Made by a program: the position numbers and the translations under genes | Notes under the pieces: model-generated | The model's input: only the letters and a program-made list of their open reading frames with translations | What the model was told of the DNA's origin: nothing | The model's database searches: none | Shown: positions 1 to 21,100 of the stretch, piece after piece | How positions within the stretch are numbered: the stretch's first letter is position 1 | Layout of the letters: every line of letters starts with the position of its first letter | NCBI GenBank assembly: GCA_040954595.2 | Contig: CM082583.2 | Coordinates: 6,818,849 to 6,882,848, forward strand | Direction of reading: 5' to 3' | Source: Balanoglossus misakiensis | Lineage: Eukaryota; Animalia; Hemichordata | DNA: 64,000 bases

Positions 1-292
1 GTACATAATACAGAACCACACACTGAGTGGACTCATCATCCCAACATATTTATTTTCAATTTCTCCATATTTGCACTGACTAAAATCTACACCCTTTTAA
101 TACAACGTCAATCTGACACCACCTCAACGTACACCGATGTCTACTTCTTCAAAAGAAAACTCCCCCTTAACAATACCCTCTGAACATAGTTATAAAGAAA
201 CAAAAAAATATGACAGTGGTTAGGTTCAAACTAGAGACGTTATCAGAAAAAGCTGAGAAAATTTCCTATTTACAATACCCTTTCGAAATTCA

Positions 293-314
293 TGTTCTGT
301 TCTGTTCTGTTCTG
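293..314. repeat. (GTTCT)n short pentanucleotide repeat downstream of the GOLPH3 stop codon
   Basis: Read directly from the sequence. Confidence 0.8.
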
Positions 315-549
315 CGTTGGATTTGATGTGAATCTGAAAAGTCACTACAACTCCACAATAGAGGAATAATATGGAATGTCCTCTTTCGAAATTCCTAAAG
401 TTTGAGCATGTAATTTTTTTTAATTTATTCATGAAAAGTCCGCTGCCCATGCTACCTTGGCCTCATGCCATACCCAATAAATGAAATAATGACAGTCTTT
501 TTTATGTCATGTTCATGTCCAAAATTGTTTGTTCTTGTCGGTATGGCTA

Positions 550-7236
<6,687 letters not shown>

Positions 7237-7611
7237 TTTGTATTTTAAACGGAAAAATAAACTATGATACCACGGCCCGGGATTACTACTAAGGTGGACG
7301 ACGTTCAACACAAGCCGATCTGGCAGCCCAATGACGTAATAAAAATGGCGCTTGTATTGTCGACCCGATCCGAACGGTTCCGAACATGCGATTCGGAAGC
7401 GACAGATGTTGCCCATTTCTCGTCAACAGCGCCCCCTACTGACAAAATTGAATTTATGTGTTCTGTGCATATGCGCATGTTCCATGAACTATTTACTCGA
7501 GTTGCTAAGGAGCTGACCTGTAAGCGTTCATGAACTGCATATGCAACCCAACCTTCCATTTAATAACTCATTTTGCCTTCCTCTGTTGCTAAACTTTACA
7601 TTTTAAAAACT
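7237..7611. promoter_or_regulatory. Bidirectional promoter GOLPH3/CFAP161
   Basis: CpG-enriched 375 bp between divergent ATGs. Motifs: CCAAT overlapping ATGACGTAAT (7328-7340), YY1-type AAAATGGCG (7342-7350), CTCF-like CAGCGCCCCCTACTGAC (7427-7443), NRF1-like TGCATATGCGCA (7466-7477) and X-box-like GTTGCTAAGGAGC (7501-7513). Confidence 0.75.
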
Positions 7612-10341
7612 ATGAGCGTAAGAACGTATAATCCCTCTGTCCTCGTTGGGAACTGGAACGAAGATATCTGTCTAGAGGAGGTATGTTTGCAAAAGTTTAG
7701 TTTTCGTCGACCGCCTCTGAATTGGAACACCTCATCACTGTATCATCAGTGTTTATACTTTTTATAGAATCAAGTTTCCTAATATGGTCGGTAACGTAAA
7801 GATTGTACGTGTGGTTAGCCTACCCCATTAATTAATCAATTAATTTATTTGTTTATTTTCAGGACACATTGAAAGACTTCCTTGAAAAAAAAGAACGTGG
7901 AGAACTGTCAATACAGAAAGCTTCAAAACTTTCCTCAAGCATCCTCAAAAAGGTAATATCATGACTCCATGACAATATTCAAAAGTTGCAATCAAACATG
8001 AATCACACCCAGATGTCATATATTATTCTGCCCTTCCTAATGGTTTATGCATAGAGATGACTACTACTTTTATATTTGAAATAACTTCACATCAACAAAT
8101 ATTTAAAATGGCACAACTTTATGATGATTTTAATACATCAACAATGGCAAAAAAGGAGTTTTCTATTAGAATGAACACTTTTGTCTAGCAACAATCTTCC
8201 TTCAATCATAGACAGTAGAGTACTGTCTATGCTTCAATCAACCACTATCAGAAACGAAATAACAAACTAGTGTTGAATGTGTTGTTTGTTTGTTTATTTA
8301 TTTATTTGTTTGTTTTTTGTTGCTGTACAGTCAGAACTGTCTGTAACAGGTGATGGTTACGTGCACTTTGGAGACCGTGTCGTGCTGCTGAACCCAGGTG
8401 CCAAGGATGAAACGGGCGTCACTTTCGGCCAGGAACCCCGTGCTGCTGCCGTCCTGGCTGTAAATATGGATGAGAGTAAAATGCACGATGGTCAGAGATT
8501 TGAAGGCCCATGTGGAGTCTCAGCAACCAGGAATATCCAACCTACTGCAAGGAGTACCTTTGTCATTATGCCGTAAGTTGGAGCATAGAATGACGAGTCA
8601 GCCTTAACAGTATACATTGGCCATTGGAGAGAAAAATGTCACTCTTTTTGATGACATATTTTATAAATCTTAAAGGAGTTTAATAGCAATCTCATATTTG
8701 TATACTTTCAAAAATCGGCAAAATTATGTATATGGACAAATAGCATATGTGATACTTTCTTCACTCTCAATACATGTACATTGTACTATTTCACATCTTC
8801 AAAGTATAGACTTAATTTAGCTACATGTAATATCTAATTTACCTACTGGCAAAGTGATGAGTTAAATAAACTGAAATTCAACTTATGTTTAATTTCTTTT
8901 ACAGAGTTGATAACTCACCAGCAGGTGCTCCCCTCACCTATGGACAACACTTCATGATCTGTACCCCACCCAATGAGGGAGGAAATGTAAGATTCCACTT
9001 TTACTATAAGATCTTTCGATCTGTACTAACATATTCACCCAATTTCCCTTTACACTGGAGTAAGGGGTACAAGCATGTCAATGAAAGCAATGGAATGATT
9101 AAAGTTTGGTGGATAAATTAGAAGGGTAAAACAATATACTTCATCGTGGAAACAGGAAGATGAACAACCATTTGTCCAACTTTTCCAATGAAAGCAATAC
9201 GGTTGGACCAATTGCAGTGGTGGACAAATTGAACTCTACAGGCAATTCAACGAGGATATGTTTCCTATTTTTTGCAGCTGAAACTACACAGTGACATAGC
9301 GACATTCACCAAATCCTCCAAGAAGTCACGACAGCAGGAAGTCACATTGGTTGACAACGTGTCTTACTTAACGCAGTGGAAAGTGACTGCCTTCAATCCG
9401 TTGTGTCGAATGGAAATGGAGGGATTGCCTGTGCCGGTGAGCATTGTTAAGCGGAATAGTGTGTTTTCCTTTAAAGTAACATAAACTGCTACATCATACC
9501 TGAAAACAGTGGAATGGACATTCATATCCTTCCCCTGCACCATGCTGTTCAATAGGCAAACAGTATTCAATATCCCACTTTCTGTTTTTTTGTTCTTTCA
9601 TCAGGCTAATCAAAAAGTTGTTATTGCCCATTGTAAATCCAACCAGGACTTGAATGTTGTGGGCAGTGCTTCACTCAGGTAAGTTGACACAAATAGTGTT
9701 GTTGTCCAGTTAAATATACCCACAGCCACCCCGTCAGGGAGGCATTGTTGGTGAATCAGGAATTCTGTGTGAAGCAGTTTATAGAATTTGCCTAAAAATC
9801 AAATTAGTGGTGCTTGGAGTGTGAATGACATTTTACAATGATATGTGCCAGTGTTCAAGGTATAGAGAGTGGATGCTAATGCCTTTTTGACTGTGTATAT
9901 GTTTTATGGTACATGTAGTACACACCTCAGGGACCGATTTCAGTGGTAGTCTCCAAACTCTTCTCCAAAGTTATTTTGAAATTAAAGAAACAGACGAGGT
10001 GTTCATTATCTTGTTTTCAGGATATCTCCACTTTAATTGACACTCTAGCATTCCAAACATTTATGACTATTTTGAGAATAATGTGGCACAGACAAATATT
10101 CTGGGAAAATGTATTTGAAGCTGCAAAACAGACACGTTCTTGGTCTTTACTTTTGTTGTTGTTTATTGTTGTTGTTTGTTGTGACAGAACTGCGTTTGGT
10201 CGCGAGTATGAAGTGACAGCACACACTGAGTTGGACTCTCACAGAGCAGAGAAAGATTGCAACCACTGGGTCTTTGTCACTGGAACACCAAGTGATCCAA
10301 CCGCGCCGGAACAACCACTTCCAGTGGGAGCAAGACAGTAA
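7612..10341 (+). CDS. CFAP161: Cilia- and flagella-associated protein 161 (C15orf26-like), 7 coding exons, 289 aa
   Basis: Exons 7612-7680 (MSVRTYNPSVLVGNWNEDICLEE), 7863-7952 (DTLKDFLEKKERGELSIQK), 8331-8572 (DGYVHFGD...ARSTFVI), 8905-8986, 9278-9436, 9605-9678 and 10188-10341 (TAFGREYEVTAHTELDSHRAEKDCNHW...*). All introns are GT-AG and the exons total 870 nt in one open frame. The VGNWNED and FGREYEV..HT.LDSHRAE...NHW motifs match CFAP161 as I recall it. Confidence 0.9.
8207..8231. mobile_element. 25-bp palindromic transposon remnant with 7-bp TSD (P-element-like footprint)
   Basis: CATAGACAGTA-gag-TACTGTCTATG with CTTCAAT on both sides (8200-8206 and 8232-8238). Confidence 0.65.
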
Positions 10342-10563
10342 TAAGCTTGGACCGTTCCAAGCTTGTGCAGGGGGACCAGGTTAGCCTGAGCAGACAGCAG
10401 GAGGAACTCTATTCAATCAGTGTATATATGTACATTAAAATGTCAAAAAGTATGGTTTTTAAAATGAAAATGAATAGTTTGAAATGTGTACCAGTATCTT
10501 AAAACAAGACTTCGGTTTCCACTGGTTATTTAACTTTACTGAAAAAAATGAAAGCATTTTACC

Positions 10564-10569
10564 AATAAA
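10564..10569 (+). other. Candidate polyadenylation signal of CFAP161
   Basis: AATAAA ~220 nt after the stop codon. Confidence 0.4.
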
Positions 10570-12059
10570 ACGGAAAGTAAACTTTAAAAACTTTTGTTAG
10601 TCGAATGTCAACCATACAAGTATACTTTTATTCACAGTCCTTTTGTATTAGATGATGTCCATGATTCAGCCGAGTGTTTCTTACAGATTGACCTTTATGT
10701 AAATGTCCGTGTACATATTTATCAAATAGAGTAATTTATAGCGAATACATGATGGCCCAGTATGCCAGTGCTTCTTTCTTTGCAGTATTACTACAACATC
10801 GTTGTGAAAACCCTGGAGTTATTATTCAAACCAAAACAAAGTGAGGCATCTGCAATCTTGTCTTACTTTTGTGTGCTTTTTACCACAATGCCTTTATTTC
10901 AGGAAATCTTAATTCTGTCAGTATTATGATCCAGTTAAGTATTAGGTCATTTCTTAAAAAGTGCTACAAACTGAAGTGTTTCTTTCAAGGGGAATATGTG
11001 ATCAGTGTAAGAAAGTTCAGCATTTTTCCTTTTCCTCACGGATTGATATTATTTCTGACTGAACCATTGTCCAGAATGAAGCTTCAGTCTTCAGAGATTT
11101 GAATCCAGACACAAGTTATAATACAAGTGTGCTTGCAGGTTTTTCTGGTTCTACTCAATTAAACAATGAATGTAATGTATTTTGTACCAACAAGTATTCC
11201 TTTAAAAACCGTCCATGGTGAAATAGTTACCAGATCCATTCTCTTGGGTTGAACTACTTAAAGAAAATTCATGTCATCAGAACTTCCCAAATGTTGTCAA
11301 CAGCCTGCAGAGCTAAAACTATGCATCTAAAGAGTGTTTATCTTGAAAACCTTGCAAATACCATATTTACACACCAGAATACTAATACATGTATGTCAGC
11401 ATTTAAAATGTAGGGTTGTTGAATTATCAGATTTGCTTTCCTTTGTATTTTATACTTTTGGGGTTTACATATCATGCATTCTCCAATGATGCCTTTGTAT
11501 ATTTCCATGGTATCTTATTTTCTTTCCAAAAGTAGAACTTTGGTGTAGCACCGATGAGTATTCATCATTGTTTTGGAATGTGAACATTCTATGCATTATA
11601 CAAATAAAATATTGAAATTAACTCTGTTTTGTTGTGTTCTTTGATTTACCATGTCAGATACTTTAAACATGGTTCGTTCTCAGCATGGTGTTCTAATCTG
11701 AAAATGCTTCCTCCCCTGTGGGCTACTTCAATAAAGTTTGGGGGCAGGAGTGTGTGTGTGCATACCCTCTGACTAGAACTCTACCAAATTCTGAACCAAA
11801 ACTTTTGAATGTATTGACCTGCTAATAAATTCAGGCTTTATGACACCTCAAAAATAAAGTAAAACATGCCGTATTTGGTTGAAGTTTCATCATCTCCTGG
11901 GAATCTTTTTCTTCCTGACCCCCACCCCCTTCCATGAGACCAAATTGTCCAATCTGTATCCATCATATATTTGCACTGCTGATGTGCTGTTTTGGTGAAT
12001 TTGAAATAACACTTCATACAACAATATCATATTCCCAATTTTTGGTGTATGTTTTGTTT

Positions 12060-12145
12060 TGACACCTGCGGTATTGAGGGCGCTTCTTCAGCGGTAAATT
12101 CAAAGGCAAATATTTATGACGTAATTACTTCCCAAGATGGCGGAT
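12060..12145 (+). promoter_or_regulatory. Promoter/5' end of the ZSWIM-family gene
   Basis: CpG-enriched patch with ATGACGTAAT (12116-12125, the same 10-mer as at 7331) and a YY1-type CAAGATGGCGG overlapping the start codon. Confidence 0.55.
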
Positions 12146-15100
12146 GACCCGGTAACATCAGCAAAGCGGTCTCGCTTTTCGAATGCAGCTGATGCAGGTA
12201 ATGCTGGATTTTTGCACGCCTAGTGTTTGCCTTTTAATTGGGAATGGTGTTTGTTTAAGCAGAAAATGCAAAATAGTGCCAAAGCAGTGGCGAATTCGCC
12301 ATTGTAAGCGAAAAGAATACGCGTTCGAGTTCCGTACCCATGACGGAAGTTTGTGTTATTCGATCGGGTCATCATAGCACAGAACCTTACGAGAGCTGGT
12401 AAAAATTACTGTGTAGTGATTTCTAATAGTTCAAGTATGGTTTATGAACCAATGAGCTGCATTCTGTTCCTTTTAATACTTATAAACTGGTAGATATAGC
12501 CATCGACATTCGACTATTGCCGTAAACTTTGAATGGGTAATTTGCTACATCGACATAATGCAAATAATTTTGACCGTGGCATAAATTTCGAAGAGCGAAC
12601 AATGTATTGTGTTGCCCGTGGCGAAATACGACAGAGGTCTGCTTGGAAATGTAAATGTACTTTGAAATTCAAAAGGTTGACCGAAGTACAGCACTGAATT
12701 CGTGCGTGATATTATTTCAAGATGGTACTGCAGTTCCGAGTTATGCTCGGGCATTTATCGCGGGAATTCTGCGCATTGGTTCTATTATTGCGAAATGTAA
12801 ACAAACAAGAGCAGCGGGCTCCATTTCCATAATACCATGAATACTGTCTATGCTATTATTTTCACGGACGTACATATCTGTCGGACCTCCACCTCATTAA
12901 ATTATTCACCCGACGATGTATTGCATCTTGGTATAAATAAATTCATTATTTTAGAAAGATTCCCCCTTTTTGTTATGTACCTATGTACAGTTGCCCTGTT
13001 TGGGTTATTTTTAAACTGTTATGTTTTTTTTATTTTTAAAAGAAATAAGGAATCCTGCAAGCACTTGCAATAAGGCAAACATCCATGTAACATAAATCTT
13101 GCAGATTTTGCTGTTTTCAAGATTCTGTGTTACATGTATGCTTATTGATTTAAAACCTATTAATTTCTGTAACTTACCTTTCTGTCCTTTAAAACTAATG
13201 TCTGATTATCTGACGGTTTGTCTTACTACGTAGCCAATCTATGACATTTACTTAGTTGTATAGAAAGAAATAATAACAGCAGGAAGATATAGCTAGAGTT
13301 AGTTTTGTTTTCCGTTCTGTACTCAGTACAGCTGCAATTCATTTATCAAGATATGACCTCTGGAGTGCAATTCTTGATTTCTCAATGTCAGGGGCGCGAA
13401 ATCGTAGAGTCATATTACTTGGTGAAAATGACACCAAGTGCTATGTATTATGCCCCTCTCCATAGGCAATTGTGAGCTGAGATTACAATAAATATGCATC
13501 ACATGTTAAAAATAGGTGTGATTGATCAAAAGACAGACAGGTATAATGGATAATTTGCTGAATCACACTGTACATCTAAGTCTGTTTGGTTCAGCTTCCC
13601 ACATCAATAACCGGACATGTTTTATACATCAGTGCAATTCTTCAATTTTCTCGTTTCATTTGACAAAGATTAAGAATGAGATAATTGATTTCAAGAGCTA
13701 ATTCCGGGTCAGAAGTTCTCAGTAGTGTTCCTGTCCGTAGCTTTCAAGAGAATTCAGAATATGCATGTACATCAGTATCAGAAAGAAGAGAAAATTAATA
13801 CTCAAAGTAATGAATGATCAAATATTACTTATCATGAGTTTATATTATGAAATGCAGGTTGTAGGGTCCGAGAACATCCTGTTGATTTGTGTTATTTGTA
13901 CTCTCTAAGGAATAATACAGGCTTGCTGCTGTTATGAATCAGTGCAGTGATGTCTGTGCTTATTCACTGCAAATAATATCTTCAATAGCCACTTCTAAAA
14001 TGGCTGATGAAATTTCAGCCAACTGTGAAGTTCTATTAGTGATACCTTTGCAAAAAATAATCAAATTCCAAACACACACTTGACTATTCTCTGGAATTTG
14101 CTCTTCAAATGGTTTATTAGTCATGCAGTAAAAAATTCAGTTTCGAAACGAATGATTGAGAAAGCGAAGCTAGAACTGTGTTGCACATGACTTTTTGTGA
14201 TTGTCCCACTCAAGATTATGTTAGTTTGACTTTCAACCCACCTCATTCCCAAGTCATCATAAGAACAAACCTTAACCAGTTATTGTTGTATACAGGTCCA
14301 GTAGTTCACAATATATTTTTAGCTGTATACTTCCGTTTATATGTGGTGAAGAATTTTGCTACAGCCACTTACTGGTTCATTTAAGATAAGTTATTTAACA
14401 AGCGTGATATTCATAAAATTGTTTTGTTTCAGACTACCCATAACTTATGGTATAGTTCCTAGCTTGTCATTTTTTTTTGTCCGAGCTAAAATTAAAAATT
14501 GTAAAGTCAGCCTGTGTCTGGCCATGGTCTGTTATTAACACTATTGAAATACCTTTGACATACTGACCAGTGCTGATGCCTCAGTATCAGTGATACATAA
14601 GTTTCTTTTTATAAAATATTATCTAAATTTACAACACTGCCTCTGAATTACACCTGAGTGATATAAGCTGTGATAGTATTGCTATGGTAACCCTGTCATG
14701 ACCCGTCATTACAGTAAACATTGGGCAAATTCAACTGCCAGCAACAAACTTACCAGTGCTTTTGTCTCGTAACCGAATATACTTTTATTACTGGTGATAA
14801 GCCAGGTTACTAGTATCCTATTTCTTTTGGAATATCTGACGTGCATGTAATGTCTTCATTTCATGAAATTGTGTATCATAACTCAGCCCCTCCAAAGTGA
14901 TGGTGATATACAAATGTAAAGTATTACTGTACCATGTGGTTCAGGAAAATTGGTGTCATCATATATATATAACCACATGCATGCGTGGCCGAACAAAATA
15001 AGTTGCTTGTCTAGACTGCTCATGTCTTCAGTTTCCAGTGTATACTATAAGGTCAAGGTTTAGGTGTAGGAATTGTTTATTCATCTGAAATGGCAAAGAA

Positions 15101-18100
15101 GGTAGGGCTTTTTCTGTCACAGTTGAAAAACATATGTCCTAATGTGTGCCCCCTAAGCTACATTTTAATGTGAATGATGTACCTCAGACTCGACCAACTT
15201 ACTAATGGTGCAAAAATATCCATATTAAATACATGTAAAGGTATAGGGCTAGCACAAATTTTTATCTAGAAATTCTAAAATAAATTCAAAGCTTCTGTTG
15301 GATAACAGAAATGACTGACTATCTTTAGCTTTCCTGACTTGCATATCAACATGGCTTCCTTATTTCAGAGATGTATAATTTTAATGGATCAATTGCTATA
15401 ATAGGTACAGAAATAAAAAATAAAAATTAACAAGTAAGTCTTAACTATTTTAATTCAACAGGGACATAAATTATATATGGTTCATGGTTTTGTGGTCATT
15501 CAGCCTATCATCCTTTGATGTCAATGACAATATTTGCATAAAGAGCACCGGTACATGTGTGCCCATATCTGCGTGAACTTTGCTGTATAATGAAATGTCT
15601 AGCGCATTGACCCATATTCTCGAGACCCCATGACCTAATATTATGCGTCGGTTCATGACCTAATATTACGCGTCCGTTTCAGGGTTCCTTCAAAACTGGA
15701 TCTTGATTGTCTAAGTCTTCCTTCAGTGGAATTATGCCCCTGATTTGGATGACCTCATTTATCAGTGTCATAGGGGATCATTGATGGTAATCAATACCCG
15801 TGATGAATGATTTGACTGCTATTTGCGAAATGTTTCGGGCCCCCGTGCAAAACGTCGCAGTATCATTATTCCGACAGTGTCTGTCCAAGGGCATATGTAC
15901 ATGCGTGGGGACAATAATGTGGCAATAAGTGATTCATGTCAGGAAAAAAACATGCTTTTACCATTCACGAGTTTTGATAGTCAGAAACAATCATATCTCC
16001 CTGAAACTAAAGCTTACCACAAACAGTTGACGTTTCAGTGAGTACATAATGACTGAGACATGTTCAGGAGTGTCAAGATGAAAAGCTGATCACTGCATGC
16101 CTTACGGTACATGATTCTGTTATTGTGCTGCTGCAACCATTATGAGGTTCAGAATCATGAAAAGGGGAGAAGAGGGTGTGACCACCGTTTGATGAGGAGT
16201 AGTCTCAAAAATGCATTAGGGCACATCACTCAGAGAGATTACCCAGAAAGCTCTGAAATTTCCATAGAGAAATCAGAGAGTGACTGTGGCATATTAATAA
16301 AGGAGGCATAACAGTTATTCACTGTGTCACGTTTTTGAAGGGTTTTGAAGAGCAATAGTCTGATTTTGGAATTTTTGCATAATAGTACAGTAGCCTTGTG
16401 GCATTTTTGTGAATTGTCACTGTTAAAAAAAATATATATCACTTCAACAAGAAAGAACAAGAAAAATGACCTTCCTATTTATCAATCATGAAAATATTTT
16501 TCGTAATGGTCTTACAGGAAGTGACGATGAAGCCATCAAAGTGGAACCTTTTTACCAACCTTTGAGTTTATTAGACATTGCAGCCAAAGCGACATCACTG
16601 TATTATTGCTGTGATGATCTTGAATCGCAACACATACATTTTGATGACGCACTCTGGAAGAAGGTAAGTCAGTCATCTCTGAAAAAAAAACGTGCAAGTC
16701 TAGAGAAACATCTAGAGAAACACACACTCACGCATATTGGATAGGGTGTCATATATTTTATATTGTCACCCAGGACTTGCTTGAATATGGTTATGGGAGT
16801 ATCAGTTGTATGGATATTAAAACCCTTGATGAATGCGTGGCAAAGAAATATCTTTGTGTGATTCCAGGTTACCCTATCATGTTTGTACATGTAGTTACTT
16901 TTGATAGATGATACTTTCGAAATTTGCCCAGCCATGTTTAAGGGTACCATTCACATAACTGTTTGGTGCCTAATCACAGATGGAGCTTAATCGAAGGCTT
17001 ATAAAGTAATTATTGATTTGTTAAATCTTTCAGATTGCCTTCTGGGCCTTTCCTAGAGATGAATCTGAAATAAAGCTGTATTTTAAGCTTGTCAATACAG
17101 ATGAACAAGCCTGGATCAATGCTATAAGGTTCATAGCCAACGACAAACTCACCGACATCATCCAAGTTGGTAAGTATTGGAATGTCCAGCTTCAAATGCA
17201 GGGCATATATGCTCATTAAAGTCCTGGAAAAAATCAAGTTTACTTCTGGAAATAAATTCCTGAAAAAATATATATAACAAAAGCTTCTCACAAAAACTGT
17301 GGGCACACACTCTGGAAACACTCCTGGAAATTTGAATGCATCAGACCTGCGCCTGACTTCTTGCAGCAGCAAATTAATTCTCTTTTTATAGATAAAATGT
17401 ATATAGTTGCTTGGTATCATACATCTACTTCAAGATGTTTGTATGAAAACCTGAACAATGTGGTACTTCAGGAGCGACATATTCAAATACATGTACATGC
17501 ACCAAACTTCCGGTTATGCAGTGTACATACATGTAGTAGGTCTGTGCTACTTACTGAGTGGCTTTTGCCAATGAACTGTCATTTGCTTTCCCGTCCAGGT
17601 TTCATGGTGACTGCCTCTGTGAATGACAGCCGTCCATACCAGGTGTCACTTACTTTCGAACGCTGTAAAATTGTGTCCATGACGTGTTCAGGCTGCATCA
17701 AACAGCTCTGGTGCTCACATATTCTTGCCACTGTTATTTATAGAATCCGCCATTTTGATCAGGTAGGTTGGCATAGATAGGTGCATAGAATTGAGTTGTC
17801 CTTTGCTTGTGTATGACACTTCTGTGTGTGAAATCATTTGGTCTAATCACAAATCTTTGCAGTTGCTGCGCAGAAATGAAAAAGAGGATTATACCAATTT
17901 TGAACATTGCAGTTTGCAGCAAGTTAGCAAAACAATAATTGAACTGAAGTATTTTTGGCTGTCATCAGATCTGTGACACTGCATAGAATTACAAGAGACT
18001 GTTATGATATTTCTTTAATGAATGGAATTGTTCTTGTTTAATTAAGGTTGTCATCCATGCACCTATGACGGAGAGTCTCTCGGCTCTCAACCGTGATCAG

Positions 18101-21100
18101 TTGCAAAAACTTCTGCAATACCACGTGGCCGAAGACCCTGGGCTGGTGCTTGGCAAGTTGTTCAAGTACTTTGGTGAGTAGTTGACCTTTATTGGGGCAA
18201 AATTCAGTCTGGAATCATGTGCGTTGTTTGCGCTATTTTATTACTATCATGTAAATGTTGACTTCTACAGATGATGTTCGGGATGTGCAATCGTCTATGA
18301 ACCAGACAGACGCCCTTCCTGACCCGACCATCGGATTGGCCGACGGAATTTCAAACACCTGGCAAAGGTCCATTGAGATCCTGGAGAAGAAGACCGTTTC
18401 CGAACTGAAGAAAGCCAGCATACTTCATGACAACAGGTTTGGACTGTTGTTGGTTTATCTTTGAAATCTTTCTGGCTGCTGGGCATTGGGGTGGGGGTGT
18501 TGGGGTTGGAGTCGGAGATTACTAAACTCAGTATGCAAACCAAGGAAGGACTCCTGTTGATTTAAAGGGAAGTGGTCGTTGCACCGCATGGGTATCCCCC
18601 TTGATGAGAATATTCAGCTTGTCATCACAGTTTATTCATTCGAAACTGTGGTATATTCAAATTATCTGTCTGTCTGTAGATGCTTATGCCTACTTGTTGT
18701 TACCCATCAGGCTTTGCTACCACGGTCCTGGCCACACCCCATCAGGTTGTGAAAGAAGCGCCCTCTTCCAACATGTGAAGAGAATTCGTGAATTGATGGC
18801 TAGAAGAGACAATAAATCCAGGCAGGTTTTAATGGTCATTGCCAAGGCCACTGTCAAAGGTATGCTATGTCCTTTACTTCATAACCTTTTTGTAACCATT
18901 TGTCATTGAATGCCAGAGTTTGGGATTCTTAATCTTATAGTATATTACAATGTAACAATATCTCTATGCAAGACTGACATTTTCCATTCATATCTCAATT
19001 GTCACACCTGACAGAGATGCATATACCATTATAAAGTTACACAGATTGTTAGATGATGGACTCAGTGTGTTTTTGTACCAGTCATACCCATTGATTTTGT
19101 CGTTCTTTTTCTGGTCCATCTAGTCATGAAAGAAAACCGCCAGGAGCGATACGAAGCCCCCGACTTGGACAGATTCTGTCACGAGATAGAGCGACTGATG
19201 AGAGCGTGTGTTATGAATCCAGGCTTCATTTCTATTCCGGCTCTGAAATTCATGCTGAGTTTCCTCCTCAAGCTGTACAGGTGAGGGTCTCTAGAGTGTT
19301 GCCATCAATGACCTTTGACTTTTTCTGCTCATCAAATTGGTCCATCTCACTACTTCACGTGTCATCACGGTATTTCGGTGTTGGATATTCAGAATCCAAC
19401 ATTTTTTGACAAGAAAAACACAATTTTTGATGTAAGGAAAGTGTGAAGTGTTAATCCTCTATTCATCATTCCTTCAGCACATTGTACAAGTCGGAAGGAA
19501 AGCCACTGAGTTTAATAACTTGTCTTGAATTCTCCGAAGAATCTCGGGGAGACTTTTGCGCCAACTGCAAATGAAGCTCACTCTTATTCTTTGGTTTTGA
19601 GCGAACCTTTTAGGGATTTGGAATTGGCCTTTAGTTGTTTTGGACTTGGCTTGCTGTGGATGAATGAGTGAGGTTGGACTGGGTTCGAAATCCCGTAAAA
19701 CCGCAAGCCCAATTTCTTCTCCTTGTCTTCACAGAGAGAGCGCCGGACTGAAATCGAACGTGGTGAAGCACAGCTACTGGGTAGAGCTACCCAGCGTCGT
19801 ACCCGTCCTCAAAAACAAAGAATACGTGACCAGCGTACTGCTGGGGGAACAACAACCTCAGGGAACGGACAGTGACGGCAACACCAGCAGTGAACTGGAG
19901 ACGGAAGACGAATCCATCAATTGGGAAATGGCCGGAGCGGACAACCAGGCCGGAGGAGGAGGAGGAGGCAATAACGACAACCTCAATCCGCAGCAGTCTG
20001 GCCAGCTGTTCAAGGAAGCTATCTGCTTGGCGTCTCTCAGAATTCACAACAAAGGCCTGCGCATTGGGTGAGTCTGTGTGTGTGTGTGTGTGCGTGTGTG
20101 TGTGACATATTCTGCAGTGTCATAACTGGACTGTACACAGCCAATATGCTGGTTAATATTCATTGTAACTTGCAAAAGACCCTCTATATTAAACCAGACA
20201 CCTTTGCAAACCGAACTGTATTCTCAGTCCCATTGGTGTCCATTTTTGACAGGTTTTACTGTATATGTCTTCTTGTATATAGCTGGTATCAATTACATTG
20301 AACTAGTGATGGATGCCTGCGTTATTTCAAATTTTGAGCATATTGTAGCCTATACATGTAACTACTTAAGCAAACAGACCACTGCTTATTTGCCTGTGCA
20401 GTGAGCCAACCTTGTAAGATGTATTCAGTATTTCACCTATTTTCTTTTCTCCCTTTGTCGAGCAGAGGTGCCGATTGTAAGATGATGAGTTTCAGTGTAA
20501 CCTTGGCAATATTAGAAACTTTACTACTTCATGGCTACCACAAGTCAGCAACCAAACTGGCAGTGAAGCAACTGATGGCTCTCTTGCTTTCAGTGAATAA
20601 GGTAAAGTAGGAAGAAATAATAAGAAAGTGTTACGTCAGAACTGGGGAATGATGGCATAGCTTATTTTGAAAGTATCAGAAACCAGTAATGTAATTCGTT
20701 TTACCAAACCTTTATCCCCCCCCCCCCCCTTTACTACATATCTGTAATCTCTTGAAACAAATTTTGAAGACAGAGTTGAGATTCACCATAACAAGGGGTT
20801 CTCATTTCTTGACTTTGTCTAGGGTGTCTGGGGACTATTTCAGGCTTTGTTTTTGTCTTGTACTAGTGGAGTATATTGCTTTGGACCGAGCCCAATCCTA
20901 AATTTCAAATTGACCCTGTTTTTATTTGTGACCTCTAGGAATCAATCCTGAGTCAAGATATAAAAGAAGTCGAGCAGGAACCCAGTACATCCAGGCTCAA
21001 CTGGCAGATGTGTACGCCGTGGAAAAATACAAGGAGTAGAGCCAAGGCAAACAGGGAATGGCTGGAAAATCCCAGCTATGGCAAAGGCGAAAGCTCAGGG

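Noticed and set aside
19625-19700. A-box/B-box-like motifs (TGGCCTTTAGTTG...GGTTCGAAATCCC)
   Set aside because: No cloverleaf can be formed. At best this is a decayed tRNA-derived SINE head, too weak to call.
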